From NCBI RefSeq assembly GCF_001457815.1, contig NZ_LN898221.1, forward strand, positions 463,788 to 495,787: a stretch of DNA of 32,000 nt. Direction: 5' to 3'. Of this stretch, positions 18,401 through 26,423 are shown piece by piece. The stretch is from Vitreoscilla massiliensis (lineage in GTDB: Bacteria > Pseudomonadota > Gammaproteobacteria > Burkholderiales > Neisseriaceae). A program made the translations under genes and the position numbers. The notes beneath the pieces were generated by a model. That model made no database searches. It was given only the letters and a program-made list of their open reading frames with translations, and was not told where the DNA came from. How positions within the stretch are numbered: position 1 is the first letter of the stretch; every line of letters starts with the position of its first letter.

Positions 18401-21400
18401 CCAAGTGTGGCGACATTGCTGCTGTAATTGTTGCCCACCAAGCCGCCGACCCGATTCATGCCGCTAACAACAGAAGTGCTTTCCGTATGGGCCATGCTGA
18501 TGTTGCCATCTTGGTTGTAACCGATTAAGCCACCGACTTGATTGCGGCCTGTAACCGCTCCTACGGCGTAGGCATTGCTGATGCCAGCGTTTTGATTGCG
18601 GCCTATGAGGCCGCCGATGTTGTCGCCTGTTCTACCGCCTTGGACTTCGCCTAAGGCATAGCTGTTGCTGACAGTGTGGCCGCCGTTGCTGTAATTGGCG
18701 CCAATTAAGCCACCAACCTCGCCCGTGCCTGTGCCTGTGCCTGTGACCACAGAAGTGTTCGCTGTACTGGCATTGCTGATGTTGGCATTTTCATTCAGGC
18801 CGAGGAGGCCACCGACTTGATTGCGGCCTGTAACGGCTCCTGCGGCGTAGACATTGCTGATGCTGGCGTTTTGATTGTGGCCGATGAAGCCGCCGATATT
18901 GTCACCCGAGCTGCCGCCTTTGACTTCGCCTAAGGCGTAGCTGTTGCTGACCGTGTGACCACCGCCGCTGTAATTGTAACCGATTAAGCCACCGACTTGA
19001 TTGCGGCCTGTAACGGCTCCAGTAGCATAGACATTGCTGATGCTGGCGTTTTGATTGCGACCGATGAGGCCGCCGATGTTGTCACCCGAGCTGCCGCCTT
19101 TCACTTCGCCTAAGGCGTAGCTGTTGCTGACCGTGTGACCACCGCTGCTGTAATTATTACCGATTAAGCCGCCCACAGCACCTGTGCCTGTGACCACCGA
19201 TGTGTTTGCTGTGCTCGCATTGCTGATATTGGCGTTTTCATTCAGGCCGATTAAGCCACCGACATTACTCTTGCCTGTCACCGTTCCACTGGCCGAAACT
19301 TGGCTAACGCTGCCACCTTGGTTGTAAGCAATCAAACCACCCATAGTGGATGTACCAAAAGCCGCACTGACCGACCCAGATGCAGAAGCATTGCTGATTG
19401 TGCCACTGTTGCGTCCCACTAAACCGCCAAAATAATCCTTACCCAGTAAAGCACCAGACCCCGCACTGGTATTGCTGCTGGCGCTAGAAGCCGTAATGCT
19501 GCCTTGGTTGTCGCCAACCAAGCCGCCCCCTATAGCCATCGCGTTTGAGTCAAATATAGCCAGTCTGACTTCATAATCCCCACTGGCGCGGCTGCTTGCA
19601 ATTTGTCCACGGTTGACCCCAACCAAGCCGCCGACCAACGCTGTCTTAGAAGCCGTCGCATTCGTCCGCGTGATGCCTGTCGCCACACTGTTGGCGATGC
19701 TGCCCAAATTCTCACCGACCAAACCACCGAGTCTGATTTCATTGCTGGCCTCACTGGTGGTCACCAAGCCTTCAGCGCGGCTATTGGCAATCATGCTGTG
19801 ATTAATGCCGACCAAGCCACCCGCAATGGCGTTGGCAGTATTTGCACCGGTAACACCCCACAATGCGCCACGAGCGGTGGCTTGCTTAATCAAACCCGTG
19901 CTGCTGCCATTGCCCATGTTTTCACCCACCAAGCCACCGGCAATGCTGTGCGCACGCACTTCCGTATCAGCCTTGGTTTCGGCATTGCTGATGTTGCCAT
20001 TTTCATTCAACCCGACCAAACCACCGACTTGATAGCGGCCTGTAACATTGCCTGCGGCGTAGACATTGCTCAGATTGCCTGTCTTGTTGTAACCAATCAG
20101 GCCACCGACTTGGTCGCCTTTACCTGTGACATTACCAGTGGCATATGCGTTGCTGATGCTCCCTCCGATATAGCCAGCTCCCCCATTGCTGCCAATCAGA
20201 CCACCCACATGGTTGTTGCCACTCACATCGCCTGTAGCATGACTGCCATTGACTTGAGCTTGCCCATTCAGTCCTATCAAGCCTCCCGCAGACGTATCAT
20301 TTGCTTGTGCGGTGACCTTTCCTGAGGCATGGCTGTTGCTGATACTCCCATAATAACTAAAGCCCACCAAGCCACCTGCATAAGCAATATCATTAGTAGC
20401 ATTGGACGTCACCGCACCTGTAGCATGGCTATTATTGATGCTGCCTTGGTCATTAGTTCCCACTAAACCACCAGCAATAGCAAGAAGATTGCTAGAGTTT
20501 GCCGTCACCGCACCTGTAGCATAGCTGTTGCTGATGCTACCTCTATTCACGCCTACCAATCCACCGGCAAGAGCAGAGTGAGAAGTGCCGATAGCGCTCA
20601 CAACTCCAGAGGCATGGCTGTTACTGATACTGCCCTTGTTCTCTCCTACCAAGCCGCCTGCATTAGCAAAATAAGAAAAAGAATCAGCACTTACATCCCC
20701 AGAGGCATGGCTGTTGCTGATACTGCCATAATAATTAAAGCCCACAAAGCCGCCTACACGAACTTCACCAGAGGCAGCTTTGGCCGTCACCGCACCTGTA
20801 GCATAGCTATTACTGATATTGGCTTCATTTCGCCCTACCAAGCCGCCTGCATTGGCATTGAATGCAGCAGAATTGGCCGTTACTGTTCCAGTGGCATGGC
20901 TGTTGCTGATGTTACCGCTGCTGTGCCCTACTAAACCGCCGACATAAATACTATCTCGAATACTGCCATTGTAGGTATGGTTAATCACCATATCGCCAGT
21001 GGCTTGGCTGTCGCTGATGTTGCCGCTGCTGTATCCTACTAAGCCACCTAAATAGACACTTTTATTGGTCGCCATGTTTACAACAGCCTGTAGCTGTCCA
21101 GACGCATCTGAAATCGTCCCAGTGTTATACCCAACCACCCCGCCCACATAAGCCTCAACATTATTAACAGAAAGCATAGATTGCCAACTGACATTAGCAT
21201 GGGCGGCGCTGATACTCCCCTTGTAATTACTACCGACCACACCTCCTGATCTGATAAATCCATTATTACCTAATAAATACAAATTGCCACTGGTGTTGAC
21301 ATTGCTGATGCTGCCACCATCATTAACGCCGGCCACAATACCGATATCATTTCTTGCGCCTATACTGGCATCGTACACATTCACATTGCGAATGCTGCCG

Positions 21401-23145
21401 TTTTTCACATAGCGGAACAAACCCACCTCATTGTACAGAGGCAGATTGATATACAACTTGTTAATGTCATGGCCCAAACCATCAAAGCGGCCTGTAAACA
21501 CCGAACCACTTAAGGTATTGCCTAAAGGATCAAACCCACTTCCGCCAAAAGCAGCTTGCCATGTTGTTGTGCTGCTGGCATCAATGTCAGTACCCAATAC
21601 ATAGTTGCCATCCAGTTTGCCATTGATGCCTTGCAAATCCGTGGCTGTGAGCGAATTCTGCGCGCCCAAAGCGGTAATCACAGTGTAACTCACCGTGTTG
21701 CCGTTGCTGCCTTGTTTGGTGCTGAAGTTTTGACCGGCCTGTAAATTGACTTTGGCACCATTATTCAGATAATAATCTGAGGTATTGCCTGCCTCGACAT
21801 TGGCCAGCCCGTATTCCAAGTTCAGGCCGGCATTGGCACCGGAGGCGGTAATGGATTTGTTGATGTTGATGTTGTTTTGTGCCGACAAGGTCAAGTCGTT
21901 GTCACTGCTCCAAGTAATGGTGTCATTAACATGGATGTCACCTGCGCCTGTTGTGGTGCCAGTGATGCTTTCAATTTTGAAATTGGTGGTGGCCAAATTG
22001 GTGGCCACAGTCGCACCCGTTATGTCGCCACCACTGGCAGCGATGGTGAAATCGGTCGGGTCTATCAACCACAAACCGGTTTTGCCGCCTTGCTCGGCAC
22101 TGGTATTGACCCGTGTCGCATCACCAATTTTCACCGCGGCGGCACTGGTTTCAATAAAGCCGCCATCTTGCCCATTCATGCCTTGTACCGATAAGCGGCC
22201 TGTAACGTTGGTAATGCCTGTGCCCATATCTGCCAATAAGATGATTTCACCTTTGGCGTTTTGAGTCAGGCGGTTGGCTTCAATGATGCCACTGTGGTTC
22301 ACCACGGCACGGCTCAGCGCATCTTTGCCTTTGGCAGTCAAATACACCGCGCCATTGTCGGCAATAATCGCGCCTTGGTTGTCGACCAAACCTTGCACCA
22401 CGCCTTGGTCTACTTGGTATTGGGTGAGCGAGCCGTCTTGTAAAGCCAGTGTGACCTGATTGGCGGCAGTCAAGTGGGTGATGCCATTGGGGGTTTTAAT
22501 CGTACCGGTATTGACAATATTCGGGGCAATCAAAGCCACAGTGCCGCCGTTGGCGATGATGCTGCCGTGATTCTCCACTCTGCCTGTGCCATTGGCATCG
22601 CCTGAGAGTTTAAAGCGGCCTGTAAGCGCATCTTGCTCAGACAGTTTCAAGGTAGATGCGACCAAACCGCCGACATTCACTTGTGCAGTTTTGGAGAAAA
22701 TCACCCCATTGGGATTGAGCAAGAATACCTGCCCATTGGCATTGAGCCTGCCCATGATTTGGCTGGCATTGTTGTCCAACACTTGGTTGACGGCGATGGC
22801 AGATGAATTCGGTTGATTGAAGTTAACCGTGGCATCTTTGCCGATGTTAAAGCTGTTCCACTGGGTATTAAGATGTTGGCTGTGTTGGTTCACATTGAGC
22901 ACATTGCCTTGCTGCTGAATCTGCCCTTGCCCTTGGGTGATGTTGCCGCCTTGCGGCAAGGCATTCGGGTCTATCGCCGCCAACACTACAATTGGCAACA
23001 AGGCCAGATTGAACACGGCAAAACGCTGTAATAAACCACTTAAACCCACACTGCTGCCACCACCGCCATGTGCACTGGCCAATTCCGACACCACTTGCAC
23101 ACAGGCCAAGCTGGCATTCCAAACGGTTTTGTAAATCTTATTCAT
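12457..23145 (-). CDS. tpsA: Giant TpsA exoprotein (filamentous-haemagglutinin-like adhesin), 3562 aa counted from MNKIYK
   Basis: Domains, N- to C-terminus:
- ESPR-type extended signal (MNKIYKTVWNASLACVQVVSELA).
- TPS/haemagglutination-activity domain (NSFNIGKDATVNFNQP...AVNQVLDNNASQIMGRLNANGQVFLLNPNGVIFS).
- GGFIETSAAAV motif.
- Long run of ~20-aa GLUG-type repeats (GGLVG.N.G.I.NS.A.G.V).
- SSFWDTQSS...GWDIDD...WRIY segment.
- MBG/YDG-type repeats (NKANLTLQAATD.RTYDGTTNS...GGNYNV).
- Pro-rich tail.
The ORF track starts 20 codons earlier (23205). ATG at 23145 has better AGGGG spacing and gives the canonical ESPR start. Confidence 0.9.
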   Translation of the reverse strand: MNKIYKTVWNASLACVQVVSELASAHGGGGSSVGLSGLLQRFAVFNLALLPIVVLAAIDPNALPQGGNITQGQGQIQQQGNVLNVNQHSQHLNTQWNSFNIGKDATVNFNQPNSSAIAVNQVLDNNASQIMGRLNANGQVFLLNPNGVIFSKTAQVNVGGLVASTLKLSEQDALTGRFKLSGDANGTGRVENHGSIIANGGTVALIAPNIVNTGTIKTPNGITHLTAANQVTLALQDGSLTQYQVDQGVVQGLVDNQGAIIADNGAVYLTAKGKDALSRAVVNHSGIIEANRLTQNAKGEIILLADMGTGITNVTGRLSVQGMNGQDGGFIETSAAAVKIGDATRVNTSAEQGGKTGLWLIDPTDFTIAASGGDITGATVATNLATTNFKIESITGTTTGAGDIHVNDTITWSSDNDLTLSAQNNININKSITASGANAGLNLEYGLANVEAGNTSDYYLNNGAKVNLQAGQNFSTKQGSNGNTVSYTVITALGAQNSLTATDLQGINGKLDGNYVLGTDIDASSTTTWQAAFGGSGFDPLGNTLSGSVFTGRFDGLGHDINKLYINLPLYNEVGLFRYVKNGSIRNVNVYDASIGARNDIGIVAGVNDGGSISNVNTSGNLYLLGNNGFIRSGGVVGSNYKGSISAAHANVSWQSMLSVNNVEAYVGGVVGYNTGTISDASGQLQAVVNMATNKSVYLGGLVGYSSGNISDSQATGDMVINHTYNGSIRDSIYVGGLVGHSSGNISNSHATGTVTANSAAFNANAGGLVGRNEANISNSYATGAVTAKAASGEVRVGGFVGFNYYGSISNSHASGDVSADSFSYFANAGGLVGENKGSISNSHASGVVSAIGTSHSALAGGLVGVNRGSISNSYATGAVTANSSNLLAIAGGLVGTNDQGSINNSHATGAVTSNATNDIAYAGGLVGFSYYGSISNSHASGKVTAQANDTSAGGLIGLNGQAQVNGSHATGDVSGNNHVGGLIGSNGGAGYIGGSISNAYATGNVTGKGDQVGGLIGYNKTGNLSNVYAAGNVTGRYQVGGLVGLNENGNISNAETKADTEVRAHSIAGGLVGENMGNGSSTGLIKQATARGALWGVTGANTANAIAGGLVGINHSMIANSRAEGLVTTSEASNEIRLGGLVGENLGSIANSVATGITRTNATASKTALVGGLVGVNRGQIASSRASGDYEVRLAIFDSNAMAIGGGLVGDNQGSITASSASSNTSAGSGALLGKDYFGGLVGRNSGTISNASASGSVSAAFGTSTMGGLIAYNQGGSVSQVSASGTVTGKSNVGGLIGLNENANISNASTANTSVVTGTGAVGGLIGNNYSSGGHTVSNSYALGEVKGGSSGDNIGGLIGRNQNASISNVYATGAVTGRNQVGGLIGYNYSGGGHTVSNSYALGEVKGGSSGDNIGGFIGHNQNASISNVYAAGAVTGRNQVGGLLGLNENANISNASTANTSVVTGTGTGTGEVGGLIGANYSNGGHTVSNSYALGEVQGGRTGDNIGGLIGRNQNAGISNAYAVGAVTGRNQVGGLIGYNQDGNISMAHTESTSVVSGMNRVGGLVGNNYSSNVATLGLIEGVYAQGRVEAKSANGEAIAGGLVGLNWGNISNSHATGTVTANSSSANAYAGGLVGFNDNSTISNSHATGAVTANASAAYAYAGGLVGKSSGNISNSHASGNVTANAEGGVAYAGGLVAYNTQGDMTDTQATGTVTAHSEQQYSYAAGLVAYNTNGNILNATSSGDVSASSNLGWTEAAGLVAYHENGRIHNAHVRGSVTARANTGEAYAAGLVGFNRSVIEQAQADGDVRAESNLSNAYAGGAVAYNSQALSGVHATGNVSAHANINTSQAYVGGLVGWHESGQIDDSHATGIVVAQAAKTFAGGLIGLNRNGQVTNSFASGDVSGNNHVGGLIGANGDAQSNGGNVSNAYATGDVSGTDDQVGGLIGYNKIGNLSNVYAAGKVTGRNQVGGLVGWNENSQVSNAHTTADVSGANEVGGLIGRNAGSPATALVTVKNSYAQGDVEAKNTDASVHAGGLVGYNAYGSIDNSYAHGNVKVALTVTPAAAGMKNIDVSAGGLLGRNDAAGSFISNSHATGDVSIDVVGNGNPTMVYALAGGLVGLHGQAKMGSISNSHATGAVSARSNLGRVLAGGLAGASYGDVYDSYAKGAVHVVTSGLAEKVFAGGLLGAGYAPNAGMLGAPNFIHNSHASGDVTVEATVNSASAGGLVGIASSYLSAIANSHATGNVSMVATAGNANTFAGGLIGQNSQAPVRNSHATGNVTGPNNVGGLIGLNGDEEVTFAQGGYISNSYATGNVTGLDHIGGLIGYNQYSILKNVQATGAVTGRDHVGGLVGSFIGYYGEMYRIDDSFATGKVVGANHVGGLIGSNGTTDPAKGIGGFISNVYATGGVTGTGDKVGGLIGYHQKGSVNIAYASGTVSSNGDAVGGLVGLNENSSISNAYAVGAVTGRNQVGGLVGNSVGSSSIAQTYARGLVTGTSNVGGLIGSTDATTQVASSFWDTQSSAQNSSAGGAGANGVSTAQIMDVNTFINAGWDIDDVGGTGKVWRIYSGQTAPLLRNFLTQKTINAGADNTITYDAQQHSFGATTGVDANVLQQGTGTGTNVNVYDLVYYSHQQGYDLVGDRDSRLTINKAALTVTANNANKVYDATAYAGGNGVSYSGFVGGETASVLGGAVTYSGTSQGAKNAGTYVIDAGGLSSGNYDITYQKGDLTIGKANLTLQAATDTRTYDGTTNSAQQVIVTGLMGNDALTNLSQSFDNRNAGSRDLSVDVGYVVNDGNGGGNYNVVENKASGTINKANLTLQAATDNRTYDGTTNSKGAVTYAGLVAGDSVTGLSQSFDNRNAGSRDLLVDAGYVVNDGNGGGNYNVIENKASGTINKANLTLQAATDSRTYDGTTNSKGAVTYSGLVAGDSVSGLSQSFDSRNAGSRDLSVNAGYVVNDGNGGGNYNVVENKASGTINKANLTLQAATDNRTYDGTTNSAKQVIVTGLMGNDALTNLSQSFDSRNAGSRDLLVNAGYVVNDGNAGGNYNVVVNKASGTINKANLTLQAATDTRTYDGTTNSNVAVTVAGLVAGDSVTGLSQSFDSRNAGSRDLLVDAGYVVNDGNGGGNYNVVENKASGTINKANLVLQAATDSRTYDGTTNSKGAVTYAGLVAGDSVTGLSQSFDSRNAGSRDLSVNAGYVVNDGNGGGNYNVIENKASGTINKANLVLQAASDSRTYDGTTNSKGAVTYSGLVAGDSVTGLSQSFDSRNAGSRDLLVDTGYVVDDGNGGNNYVVVSQNASGQIDKAKLSSIADIAALNRDYNGLLDVALDYSKAHIVGTIFGSDDVTVAQTGTGTMANKNAGSSKLVSISGLSLSGADAGNYELDNSSGQTTVDIDKASIGKVTGLKGIDRQINASTDVGIDVSGAHLSNVVAGDQVFISAAQGSLANNQVGTQQVSITDIDLAGADASNYEWDGAPTTTTVNIAAVPTVPPTVAPTARPQMQAPTGNPYRRAIDFDDEDKLKNPLNGNPVHIEIIGNGVNTNGIQTLSGGLR
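13213..14934 (-). repeat. Seven in-frame tandem copies of a 246-bp (82-aa) MBG/YDG-type unit within tpsA
   Basis: The landmark GCGGCCTGTAA recurs at 13427, 13673, 13919, 14165, 14411, 14657 and 14903, exactly 246 bp apart. The protein units begin INKANL(T/V)LQAA(T/S)D.RTYDGTTNS. More divergent units flank the array on both sides. Confidence 0.9.
15600..21430 (-). repeat. GLUG-type repeat region of tpsA, about 1900 aa of degenerate ~20-aa units
   Basis: GGL(V/I)G.N motifs recur roughly every 18-22 aa. Boundaries were estimated by eye from the translation. Confidence 0.7.
18520..19270 (-). repeat. Near-identical 180-bp (60-aa) super-repeats inside the GLUG region
   Basis: 18841-19020 and 19021-19200 are almost identical, and 18556-18720 is a more divergent copy. 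The protein unit is GHTVSNSYALGEVKGGSSGDNIGGLIGRNQNASISNVYATGAVTGRNQVGGLIGYNYS. Confidence 0.8.
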
Positions 23146-23905
23146 GGACATTTCCCCTAAGTGCCAATGATCAATTCGGTGCGCCATTGGTTTGATTGCA
23201 GACAAACCAAACCCAAAATCCCACTCTTAAGATTGTAAGAATGGGCAAAGACAACGAATCACTTCTACGGCATTATTCTTGTGATGCAGCAAGCAATGAG
23301 AGTTTGAAAGTATTTAAATTTGCATTTTGACCCAGAGAAATCATTACTACTTTCCCAACAATAAAACTGCAAATATTTCAGTAAACTCTCTATAAATCAG
23401 ATGTTTCATCAATCTATTAGAACACTATTTATCCATATTTCATATACCAAAAATTGAGTATATAAAATACAAATCACTCTAAAATAGTGCATTGGGTGGA
23501 GGCGAGATGTGAATTCAATGTTGATGTTTATTCGTTAAATTAAGTTAGCAGAAAGAAAGTAGCGTACTGAAGAAAATGACTGTTTTTGTTGGTAAACATC
23601 TATCTGTCATTTTGAGGTCTTACCTGATGAATGCATCGGTATCACTCTTACCTGCGACCATTTTTAAAGAACAACACAGTCTCTTGATAAGTTTGGTACA
23701 CAGTTAAAACCAATGTCGACAACCTATGGATGCAGTATCTGGGTTCAAGCTGCTCCAGTCGCATCACCACATACAGAAACACACCCACTTTGATGGCTGT
23801 ATTTTTCATTCTTTGCGCTAAATCAGACCTCAAACAAACTGGCGTTGCCAATCGAGTCAAAACTCTGTACACATGCTTAAGCTGTTTATTTCACTGGAGC
23901 TTAGC

Positions 23906-24520
23906 ATGGTCAGTCTGCAATTTCTTATGACGTCCCTCATCGTGGTTTTAATCCCTGGTACGGGGGTGATTTACACGGTTTCTACCGGTTTAAGCCAAGG
24001 CAAAAAAGCCAGTTTGTATGTGGCTTTAGGCTGTACTTTGGGTATCGTGCCACATTTAATGGCCACCATTTTGGGCTTGGCAGCCATTTTGCACACCAGT
24101 GCGATGGCATTCCAACTGCTCAAATGGGCGGGCGTGATTTATTTGTTTTACGTGGCTTGGGGTACTTGGCGTGACAAATCTGCGTTTCAATGGGATGAAA
24201 CCCCCAATAAAGTCCATGCATTGAGCCTCATCAGTAAAGCCATTTTGATGAATGTGTTGAACCCGAAATTGACCTTATTCTTTTTGGCATTTTTACCGCA
24301 GTTCATTCCTGCCAACAGCAGCAATGCTTTGGCTCACATGCTGTTATTGAGCGCCATTTTTATGTTGATGACTTTGGCGGTGTTTGTGCTGTATGGTTTA
24401 CTCGCCCACACGTTTCGCCACTATGTGCTTGATTCGACGCGGGTACAAGCGGTTTTGCGCTATGGCTTTAGCGCCGCCTTCTTCGGTTTGGCCAGCAAGT
24501 TAGCGCTCACCGAGAAATAA
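23906..24520 (+). CDS. LysE/RhtB-family amino-acid exporter
   Basis: MVSLQFLMTSLIVVLIPGTGVIYTVSTGLSQGKKASL... has six hydrophobic segments and the LysE N-terminal PG.G motif. I prefer the ATG at 23906 (GGAG 8 nt upstream) over the track start at 23873. Confidence 0.85.
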   Translation: MVSLQFLMTSLIVVLIPGTGVIYTVSTGLSQGKKASLYVALGCTLGIVPHLMATILGLAAILHTSAMAFQLLKWAGVIYLFYVAWGTWRDKSAFQWDETPNKVHALSLISKAILMNVLNPKLTLFFLAFLPQFIPANSSNALAHMLLLSAIFMLMTLAVFVLYGLLAHTFRHYVLDSTRVQAVLRYGFSAAFFGLASKLALTEK

Positions 24521-24530
24521 TCTTCTAAGA

Positions 24531-24568
24531 TAACTAAGCGGCCTGTAAAGTTACAGGCCGCTTAGTTA
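24531..24568 (+). terminator. Terminator formed by an inverted pair of the GCGGCCTGTAA motif
   Basis: 38-bp perfect palindrome TAACTAAGCGGCCTGTAA|AG|TTACAGGCCGCTTAGTTA, starting 11 nt after the LysE-family gene stop. Confidence 0.7.
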
Positions 24569-24930
24569 TACTTTGCCAAGTGCTGCTGTGCTTATTCCAG
24601 TTGTACATCATGTTTGACGTCACGTCTGCTTAATTTGACGGTTCAATTTAAAGCGGTAACACAATATAGCGGCCTGTAAATCCCCATAAGATTAAATTAA
24701 TTGATGGAAATCCAATTAGCTTAGAAGAATTGCATTTGAAAGGTGGTGATTTGAGCACCATAAGAAAAGGCATAAAAGCCGCTTGTATCAACTCAAGTGG
24801 CTTCAATTTGGCGGCATGACAAATCCCATCCTCGGCAATGGGTTTTCATGCTTGATCATTTCACACGCTTCAATAGGTTTATGGCCCATCTAAAAAAGGA
24901 TTTTGGATAGATTTGCATGAGCTCCATGGA

Positions 24931-24972
24931 TTTCACCAGTCCTTTAATACAACAAATAAAGGACTGGTGAAA
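24931..24972. terminator. Perfect 16-bp stem-loop just downstream of the fimbrial adhesin gene
   Basis: TTTCACCAGTCCTTTA (24931-24946), a 10-nt loop, then TAAAGGACTGGTGAAA (24957-24972). It is 3 nt from the adhesin stop. There is no clear U-run on the minus strand, so its function as an intrinsic terminator is uncertain. Confidence 0.4.
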
Positions 24973-24974
24973 TG

Positions 24975-26423
24975 TTATTGCACTTGAATAATGGCTTGAA
25001 CCTTGGCATTGAATTTGCCCGGCGTCACGGTTTTACCAGGCAAAGCTTCAAGTGATGCATTGAATGGGCGGGAGTATTGGGTGAGACCATTGTTCTCATT
25101 AAGCTTCACCGCCTCATCCAAGACAGGATACCAACCACCTGAGGCGCCTGTACCCGGACTGGTTAAGGTGGATAAGAAATTCAACGCCGTCCCATCCATT
25201 TTGTACATTCTGACTCCCACACCAGAGGTCACTTGGGTTTGACCATAGTTGTCAGACAACAAATGGGTAATGCCGACACCACCCGTCCCCAATCCTGCAG
25301 CCTTGGCAGCAGCAATATTGCCACTGTCGGGTAAAAAACCAATGGCGGTTTGATTGGTCGCTGTGCCACTGACCAAACCCGATGATAAACCTGAGTTAGC
25401 AGGACTGCCTGTTTGGCAACTGAAATCCACTTGCACCGGTACGGTCACTTTTGCACCACTCTGTAAGCGCTGCATGGCGACCGTTGGAAAAATCACATTG
25501 GGGGTGGCATTGTTAACTTTGCATGTTGCTGACCTTCTAACCGTTAAGCGGTTGTACAGACTAATGCCGCCGGGCCAATCTAAATAAAATCCATTGTAGT
25601 AATAGGCCGAATCACGGCCCTCTTCCAAATTGGGAGAAAATGTGGAGCTTTTAAATGCAATATAGGCGGCAGGCTGAGAATGGTTATAATTCCCAATGTA
25701 GTTTGGATTGTTAGGGTTGCCAAGATTATTGGATGTATAGCTAATCTTGAACAATTCTATGCCCGCATCTGAAAAATTCTTGGCTTTGACCAATAAATAA
25801 CCTTTGCTGTCGGTATCAACATTGGTCAACGGACGGCTTTTCCAGTAACGTGAATAATACTCACCTGTTGTCAAATTTTTGACTCGAATGCCTAAACCAA
25901 ATATGTAGGTTGTATACACCTCACTTAAGCCCAATGCCGGATTGGCTTGATACATTCCCCCATATGCTGAGTCACCATTGGTCGCATAAAATTCACGGAT
26001 TTGATTCTTTTCATCAGCCGTACACCGATACAATACCTGTTCAGGGTCATAATTTTTGGTGTCTGCGTGAGATTTCATGGTCAGAAAACTGACTGTTCCT
26101 GAGGCAATCAAACTGCCCAAAGGTTGAAAATCATTGTTATTCATATTAATGATGCTGGGTATATTTCCGGCAGAACCTCCCGCATCGGTCGAACCATACC
26201 AATACCCTACTGTGCCTTTCCCTGGCTCTATATAGTAACCAGAATTGGGGTTGGTATCCGCAGTGGCTGCATGGATACGGTAGCAAGCCGCGGTGGCTGT
26301 GGTAGCGGAAGACAGCAATAGCACCATCAAACTGAATTTCAATAATACATGTTGCTTAGACTGCCACTGTGGCTTGCTCAAACACATGCGCATTCTATTC
26401 TTACTGATACTTGATTCATTCAT
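24975..26423 (-). CDS. Putative two-domain fimbrial tip adhesin: a novel N-terminal domain plus a C-terminal pilin domain
   Basis: 482-aa ORF. It has a signal-like segment (LLKFSLMVLLLSSATTATAA). The C-terminal ~170 aa has the fimbrial-subunit pattern (SATCKVNNATPNVIFPTV...VPVQVDFSC...GVGVRMYK...FNAKVQAIIQVQ). It is the last gene after usher and chaperone, and its start overlaps the chaperone stop. The true start may be an internal Met (MRMCLSK). Confidence 0.55.
   Translation of the reverse strand: MNESSISKNRMRMCLSKPQWQSKQHVLLKFSLMVLLLSSATTATAACYRIHAATADTNPNSGYYIEPGKGTVGYWYGSTDAGGSAGNIPSIINMNNNDFQPLGSLIASGTVSFLTMKSHADTKNYDPEQVLYRCTADEKNQIREFYATNGDSAYGGMYQANPALGLSEVYTTYIFGLGIRVKNLTTGEYYSRYWKSRPLTNVDTDSKGYLLVKAKNFSDAGIELFKISYTSNNLGNPNNPNYIGNYNHSQPAAYIAFKSSTFSPNLEEGRDSAYYYNGFYLDWPGGISLYNRLTVRRSATCKVNNATPNVIFPTVAMQRLQSGAKVTVPVQVDFSCQTGSPANSGLSSGLVSGTATNQTAIGFLPDSGNIAAAKAAGLGTGGVGITHLLSDNYGQTQVTSGVGVRMYKMDGTALNFLSTLTSPGTGASGGWYPVLDEAVKLNENNGLTQYSRPFNASLEALPGKTVTPGKFNAKVQAIIQVQ

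Noticed and set aside
22437-22448. GCCGTCTTGTAA, which resembles the canonical Neisseria DUS GCCGTCTGAA.
   Set aside because: It occurs once, carries an extra T that breaks the core, and the canonical 10-mer itself is absent from the window. The repeated motif in this sequence is GCGGCCTGTAA.
12481-23134. Dozens of plus-strand ORFs (60-240 aa) antisense to tpsA, for example 19603-20325, 15988-16536, 17812-18318 and 21785-22264.
   Set aside because: They lie entirely inside a 10.7-kb gene with clear homology on the other strand. Their translations are low-complexity mirrors of the GLUG/MBG repeats (runs of T, A, H, Q, I) with no start signals. Repetitive codon usage that is poor in stop codons produces such shadow ORFs.
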